NCBI GenBank assembly: GCA_018697205.1
Contig: JABHTG010000138.1
Span: 23,940 to 87,939 of the forward strand
Direction: 5' to 3'
DNA from: Nitrospina sp.
GTDB lineage: Bacteria > Nitrospinota > Nitrospinia > Nitrospinales > VA-1
DNA length: 64,000 bases
Positions 58,799 through 64,000 of this stretch are shown piece after piece. The notes beneath the pieces were generated by a model. That model was given only the letters and a program-made list of their open reading frames with translations. It did no database searches and had not been told where the DNA came from. Positions within the stretch are counted from its first letter, which is position 1, and the number at the start of each line of letters is the position of its first letter. A program made the translations under genes and the position numbers.

Positions 58799-59509
58799 GT
58801 GCTTAAGCTTATTAAGGAAGATATTGAAGTTGCTATTGAAAAAGATCCAGCTGCTAGAAATTTTTGGGAAGTCGTTTTGCTTTACCCGGGAGTTCATGCC
58901 CTAATTGGATATCGATTAGCTCATGTGTTATGGAGACTAAAATTAAACTTTCTAGCTCGGTTTATTTCTTATTTTATGCGTTGGTTAACAGGTATTGAAA
59001 TACACCCTGCAGCAGTAATAGGAAGACGTTTTTTTATAGATCATGGGATGGGAGTTGTAATTGGCGAAACTTCTGAGGTTGGTGATGATGTTTTTATTTA
59101 TCATGGAGTTACTTTAGGTGGAATAAGCACTAAAAGCGGTAAGCGACACCCAACGATAGGTGATAATGTTGTTATAGGTGCATGTGCTCAGGTTTTAGGT
59201 CCTACACGTGTTGGTAGCTTTACAAAAATTGGTTCAGGTTCTGTTGTCTTACAGCATGTTCCAGAATACTCTACTGTAATTGGTGTGCCGGGCCGGGTAG
59301 TATTCTCAGGTGTGTCTCCTACGCAAGACGGAGCTGATGGAGAGGAAGCATTTCCTGATCCCGTTGCAAATGCTATAGAATGCATGCTGGAGCGTCTACC
59401 TAAGATGGAAAAAGAGATTCGGGAGCTCAAAAAACACTTGGATAGTGGAAGTAAACCTCGAACGGGTTCAGCCGCTGCAGGTGATAGATCGGTGACGCAA
59501 GAATCTTAA
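58799..59509 (+). CDS. cysE: Serine O-acetyltransferase
   Basis: [33 protein letters not shown] and KRHPT. Confidence 0.95.
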   Translation: MLKLIKEDIEVAIEKDPAARNFWEVVLLYPGVHALIGYRLAHVLWRLKLNFLARFISYFMRWLTGIEIHPAAVIGRRFFIDHGMGVVIGETSEVGDDVFIYHGVTLGGISTKSGKRHPTIGDNVVIGACAQVLGPTRVGSFTKIGSGSVVLQHVPEYSTVIGVPGRVVFSGVSPTQDGADGEEAFPDPVANAIECMLERLPKMEKEIRELKKHLDSGSKPRTGSAAAGDRSVTQES

Positions 59510-59567
59510 CTGATCTGCTATTTAATAATGTTGTAATCCTCCTACGTTTTTTCTCGAGAGCTTTACT

Positions 59568-60722
59568 TTGCATAAAATTTATCTTGACCACAATGCAACA
59601 ACTCCTGTTTTACCGGAAGTGTTGGATGTGATGTTGCCATTTTATAAAAATCAGTTCGGAAATCCTTCCAGTGTTCATTCAGAAGGTAGAGTGGCCCGCG
59701 TTTCCCTTGATGTTGCTAGGGAACAGGTAGCAGAACTAATCGGCGCTAAACCAGTAGAAATAGTATTTACCAGTGGCGGTTCAGAATCTAATAACTTTGC
59801 AATTCTCGGTGTTGCTTTATCGTTGAATAATAAAAAGCGTCATATTGTTACAAGTGCAGTGGAGCATTCAGCAATAATTAATCCATTGAAGCAGCTTGAA
59901 ACTTTAGGTTTTTGTATTGATTATATTCCAGTTGATAGTTATGGGCGCGTTGACCCGCAAAAAGTTAAAAGTATTATTACTAACTCAACCGCTTTGGTAA
60001 CAATTCAGCATGCCAATAGTGAAGTTGGAACATTACAGAATATAAGTGAGATAGGAAAACTCGTTCAAAGTAAAGGTGTTCTGTTTCATACTGATGCTGT
60101 GCAAACTATTGGCAAAATACCAGTCAATGTAAATAATTTAGAAGCAGATTTACTCTCTATCTCATCGCATAAAATTTATGGCCCCAAAGGGGTAGGTGCA
60201 TTATTTATAAAGAAAGGAACACCTTCTCTTTTTTGCCTTGTGAGTGGAGGTGGTCAGGAAAAAAAACGACGTGGAGGTACAGAAAATGTGCCTGGCATTG
60301 TCGGTTTTGGTAAAGCATGCCAAATAGCTCAGTATCGCTTGATTAAAGGACACACAGAACAATTAAAGAAAATGCGAGACCAACTTCGAAAGCAAATTAA
60401 TAAACTTATTCCCAATGTTAATTTTTTTGGGTGCCCAGATAAGTGTCTTCCAAATACTTTGAATTGTGGTTTTGAGGGTGCTGATGGAGAAGCATTGTTG
60501 ATTGCGCTCGATATGGAGGGAATATTTGTTTCAACAGGGTCTGCATGTAGTTCTGGGACGGGTTTGCCTTCGCAGGTTCTTAGCGCAATGCGATTACCTA
60601 AATCGATGATTAGTTCTTCTCTACGCTTTAGTTTGGGTTTTAGTAACACTTTTGAAGATGTTAATTTTACTGCAGCAACTCTAGCCAATGCTGTAATGCT
60701 TAGCAGAAAAAATATGTCATAG
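59568..60722 (+). CDS. Cysteine desulfurase (IscS/NifS type)
   Basis: YLDHNATT, GNPSS.H, FTSGG, HTDAVQ, SHKIYGPKG and STGSACSS. Confidence 0.93.
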   Translation: MHKIYLDHNATTPVLPEVLDVMLPFYKNQFGNPSSVHSEGRVARVSLDVAREQVAELIGAKPVEIVFTSGGSESNNFAILGVALSLNNKKRHIVTSAVEHSAIINPLKQLETLGFCIDYIPVDSYGRVDPQKVKSIITNSTALVTIQHANSEVGTLQNISEIGKLVQSKGVLFHTDAVQTIGKIPVNVNNLEADLLSISSHKIYGPKGVGALFIKKGTPSLFCLVSGGGQEKKRRGGTENVPGIVGFGKACQIAQYRLIKGHTEQLKKMRDQLRKQINKLIPNVNFFGCPDKCLPNTLNCGFEGADGEALLIALDMEGIFVSTGSACSSGTGLPSQVLSAMRLPKSMISSSLRFSLGFSNTFEDVNFTAATLANAVMLSRKNMS

Positions 60723-60889
60723 TTTTTTTAATTTTACCTGTTTTTCAAATTATCCATATGTAAGCAGATACTATAATTTATTAATATTTATTGCTGTTTT
60801 TAGAAATAGTTCTAATGTCAAAGCCTTGATTTTTCGATATAAATTATGTTTTGGTGTGTATCTAATAAAAAAATACGCTTTGTATAATG

Positions 60890-60918
60890 TTGACATTGAT
60901 TAATGAATTAAATACAAT
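60890..60918 (+). promoter_or_regulatory. Sigma70-type promoter
   Basis: TTGACA-N17-TACAAT upstream of 61049. Confidence 0.6.
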
Positions 60919-60980
60919 TTATTGAAATTAAAGGGTAAATTTGGTTATTTGACCTTTGGTATTTTTTTGTTTCAAAATTT

Positions 60981-60996
60981 AGGCATGATCCTTGCT
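60981..60996 (+). promoter_or_regulatory. Putative sigma54 (-24/-12) promoter
   Basis: AGGCAT-GATCC-TTGCT with GG-N10-GC spacing. Confidence 0.55.
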
Positions 60997-61048
60997 TTAA
61001 AAAGTGATTAAGACTAATTAATGCCAATTTCTTGACAAGGCCGATGAT

Positions 61049-62014
61049 ATGAGTGAACTTAATACAGCAGCTAAATTCATGCCCTTTTTGAACAGAACTT
61101 CACGATTTTTTCTGATTTTAATAATTGCAGGTTTAATATCCGTGAGTGGTTGTAGTTACATTCCATGGGTGGATAATGAAGAGGATGACCTTGCTTTTGA
61201 AGAAAATTTTCCATTTGAAGATGAAGGTGAAGATGGAAGACAAGGTGATGAAGATGATTTTTTTGAAGAAGGTGGAGAGGGTCTCAATGATGATGATTTT
61301 GCATTTAATGAAGATGAGGATGGAGAGTTTGCTAGTATAGATCAACGAACTGATAAAAAGGAACTAGAGGGCGATGTAGGTACTTTGCAAGCCCAGCAGG
61401 AAGCATTGATTAGTAAGGTAAGAGAACTGGAAGAAGTACTTTCTTCTCTTGGTCCAAAAATTAACGCAACCCAAGAGCAGTTGGAAGGTAGTCTTTCAGC
61501 GGTATCTGGGAAGTCAGAATATTTAGAGCCAGAAGTGCAAGAACTAAAACTTCAGGTTGCGCGTTTAAATGATGAAATTAGTCGTTTAAAAGCTATTAAA
61601 GCTAGTAATACTAGAGCTCGCCAATCATCACGTAGCAAAAGTTTAACTCCACCACAATATAACCGAGCGTTATCATCCTACCGTGCTGGAAACTATGATG
61701 AATCTATTCTTCAATTTCAGAGTTTTTCATTGTCTAATCCTCCTGAGAAATTAATGGATAATATCGTTTATTGGATTGGAAGTAATTATGTCAAACTAGA
61801 AATGTTTGATGATGCAGTAACACAATTTGAGACAGTGATCAACGTACATCCAAGAGGAAATAAAGTTCATGATGCAAGGTTTATGCTGGGTCGTGTTTAT
61901 TCTCTTAAAGGTGAAACTAGTAAAGCAGTAGAGATTCTTCAATCGGCTTTAATGAATAATCCACCAGCTGAAGTTCGAAGAAAAATTTCAAAGAAATTAA
62001 AAGAGATTCAGTAA
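61049..62014 (+). CDS. CpoB/YbgF-like lipoprotein (acidic tract, coiled coil, TPR)
   Basis: Lipobox VSGC; coiled coil; C-terminal TPR Y..A...Y....Y..., YWIG and HP.GNK..DA. Confidence 0.75.
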   Translation: MSELNTAAKFMPFLNRTSRFFLILIIAGLISVSGCSYIPWVDNEEDDLAFEENFPFEDEGEDGRQGDEDDFFEEGGEGLNDDDFAFNEDEDGEFASIDQRTDKKELEGDVGTLQAQQEALISKVRELEEVLSSLGPKINATQEQLEGSLSAVSGKSEYLEPEVQELKLQVARLNDEISRLKAIKASNTRARQSSRSKSLTPPQYNRALSSYRAGNYDESILQFQSFSLSNPPEKLMDNIVYWIGSNYVKLEMFDDAVTQFETVINVHPRGNKVHDARFMLGRVYSLKGETSKAVEILQSALMNNPPAEVRRKISKKLKEIQ

Positions 62015-62101
62015 CTTTAACAAGACCCAGAAAATAAAAAGGATAAAGAAAATATATCTTTAGGTGAATTTTCTGGCAGTTTTCTTTTCCCCTTTTTTAT
62101 T

Positions 62102-63259
62102 TTGCAAATGAAAGTCGCAATTGTTCATGACTGGCTCACGGGTATGCGGGGTGGTGAAAAATGCCTAGAAGTATTATGTGAGCTGTACCCTTCTGCAGAT
62201 TTATTTACACTTCTTTATATTCCAGGTAGTGTTTCCTCTATTATAGAGGAGCGCTCTATTTATACATCATTTATTCAAAACCTTCCTTTTGCCAAATCGA
62301 AGTACCGTTACTATCTTCCTCTTATGCCATTTGCTATTGAAACCTTCAATTTAAAAAAATATGATCTTATTTTAAGTAGTAGCCATTGTGTTGCTAAAAG
62401 CATTAAGCCCGGCCCAGCAAGTATTCATATTTGTTATTGCCATACCCCAATGCGATACATATGGGATCAATTTGATCAGTATTTTGGTAGAATCAAATCT
62501 GGCCTGATTCCTTGGGCGATTATGAAGTTATTAAGACCATGGTTTCAGCAATGGGATTCTAAAACTAGCTCTAGGGTTAATCATTTTATAGCTAACTCTA
62601 ATCATGTAAAGAAGCGAATTGAAAAATATTACAATAAAAATGCTACTGTTATTCACCCACCTGTAGATACAAAACGATTTAAACTTAGGAGTGATATAAA
62701 AAATGATTATTTTCTAATTGTTTCTGCGTTTGCACCATATAAACGTGTCGATTTGGCGGTTGAAGCGTTTAATAAATTACGTTATCCTTTCGTCGTTGTA
62801 GGTGAAGGTCAAGATGCTCAATCCTTAAGAAAAATGGCGAATTCCAATATCCGTTTTGAAGGTTGGTTGAATGATATTGCAATTAATGACCATTATTTGC
62901 GATGTCGGGCATTCGTTTTTTGTGGTGAGGAAGATTTTGGTATCTCTCTTTTAGAAGCGCAAGCTATGGGTCGTCCGGTTATTGCATTAGGACGAGGAGG
63001 GGCATTGGAAACGGTTATTCCCGACAGAAAGACTTGGAAACCTGACACTGGAATTTCGGAAGATAAAACAATTAACCCTACAGGAGTTTTCTTTTACGAA
63101 CAGACATCCGAGGGCTTAATCAAAGCTATAAAACATTTCGAATCGATTGAGTCTCAATTTGACGCAGAAGAAATACAAAAACATTCAGCACAGTTTGATG
63201 TTTCTGTATACAAAGATCGAATTAAAAAGTTTATCGAAGAAAGACTTAAAAAAACATAG
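62102..63259 (+). CDS. GT4 glycosyltransferase
   Basis: HDWLTGMRGGEK, SSSH..AK, YCHTPMRY and EDFGI..LEAQA.G. Confidence 0.92.
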   Translation: MQMKVAIVHDWLTGMRGGEKCLEVLCELYPSADLFTLLYIPGSVSSIIEERSIYTSFIQNLPFAKSKYRYYLPLMPFAIETFNLKKYDLILSSSHCVAKSIKPGPASIHICYCHTPMRYIWDQFDQYFGRIKSGLIPWAIMKLLRPWFQQWDSKTSSRVNHFIANSNHVKKRIEKYYNKNATVIHPPVDTKRFKLRSDIKNDYFLIVSAFAPYKRVDLAVEAFNKLRYPFVVVGEGQDAQSLRKMANSNIRFEGWLNDIAINDHYLRCRAFVFCGEEDFGISLLEAQAMGRPVIALGRGGALETVIPDRKTWKPDTGISEDKTINPTGVFFYEQTSEGLIKAIKHFESIESQFDAEEIQKHSAQFDVSVYKDRIKKFIEERLKKT

Positions 63260-64000
63260 ATGCTAAATAAACATGGTCAGCTATTTCTTGCGGTAGTAAT
63301 TTTTTTTGACACCATTGTTATTTCATTTTCTTGGTTGGCCGCTTTTTATATACACTTTAAAACCTCTTTAGGTCCATCCCCCCGTTATGCAACTCCAGAA
63401 ATCGAAATATATTTACTTGCTTTGATTCCAGTTTGGATCGTTTTCATATTTAGTACTCGAATATATGGTTTATACAAACCACTACGTGGGAAACCGATAA
63501 GTACAGAGTTATTTAAAATTATTAGAGTAACTTCATTTTCTGTTATTGTTTTAGCAGCGCTAACGTTTTTTTACCGTGAAGAGTCCTTCTCCAGATTTGT
63601 GGCAGTTTATTTCTATGCTATTGTGACCACCTTAATGTTTACTTCACACTTATTAGTTCGCTTAATGCTTGCAAAAGCTAGAGCACTTGGATTTAATATC
63701 CGCCATGTTCTGATTGTTGGATCTGAGGAGCTAGCCCAGTCGGTTGCTGAAAAAATTTCACTACATTCAGAGTATGGCTTTAAAATTGTTGGGTTTTTGA
63801 CTGATCACCTAGAAAAAGTAAATAATTCAATAAATGGAATTCAAGTTGTTGGTACGTTTAATGATATCTCAGGTGTTATTCAAAAATATTCGATTGACCA
63901 ATTGTTTATAGCGCTTCCACTTAATTCATACGACCAGATGGAAGAGGTGCTTGATTTACTTAGGGAAGAAATAGTTAATGTTAATGTTGTTCCAGACTTA
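63260..64000 (+). CDS. Undecaprenyl-phosphate glucose phosphotransferase (WcaJ-like), 3'-truncated
   Basis: Not in the ORF track. ATG63260 gives MLNKHGQLF..., four TM helices, GLY, SR, then VLIVG and GFKIVGFL CoA-binding-like domain; open to the window end. Confidence 0.85.
   Translation, partial: MLNKHGQLFLAVVIFFDTIVISFSWLAAFYIHFKTSLGPSPRYATPEIEIYLLALIPVWIVFIFSTRIYGLYKPLRGKPISTELFKIIRVTSFSVIVLAALTFFYREESFSRFVAVYFYAIVTTLMFTSHLLVRLMLAKARALGFNIRHVLIVGSEELAQSVAEKISLHSEYGFKIVGFLTDHLEKVNNSINGIQVVGTFNDISGVIQKYSIDQLFIALPLNSYDQMEEVLDLLREEIVNVNVVPDL

Noticed and set aside
56991-60722. scpA without adjacent scpB, and cysE-desulfurase without an intervening Rrf2 regulator
   Set aside because: Split arrangements are common and the partners may lie elsewhere in the genome; this cannot be judged from one window.

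Overview
AT-rich bacterial chromosomal window with about 65 CDSs, one tRNA-Pro(CGG), no rRNA, no CRISPR array and no recognisable integrase or transposase. The gene repertoire points to a marine nitrite-oxidising Nitrospinota (Nitrospina-like) genome; this is an inference from the CydA-like 'bd-like oxidase' plus membrane di-heme cytochrome c, several pentapeptide-repeat and RNI-type LRR proteins, and a TPR/carboxypeptidase-regulatory-like exported protein. Core genes include leuA, cmoA, gltB-gltD, dnaK-grpE-dnaJ, rlmN, rdgB, udg, argS, rarA, serB, rsmE, scpA, cysE, an iscS-type desulfurase and the start of a polysaccharide locus (GT4, wcaJ-like). Bases 1-10.7 kb, next to the tRNA 3' end, look accessory: pentapeptide proteins, an MFS transporter, an EgtD-like methyltransferase, a diiron HO-like oxidase, small ORFs and a TPR gene interrupted by TGA. 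The leading candidates for an undescribed system are: (i) a compact sigma54 module at 36-40 kb (NtrC-type activator, palindromic enhancer, -24/-12 promoter, small internally duplicated dual-start protein, G.U-rich RNA hairpin, convergent CHASE kinase); (ii) an unassigned GC-rich three-way-junction RNA at 52.2-52.3 kb; (iii) a divergent EgtD-like/diiron oxidase/MFS cluster lacking egtB; (iv) a cmoA / zinc ribbon / radical SAM-SPASM / tRNA-Pro string. All calls come from reading the sequence by eye; no database searches or folding programs were run.
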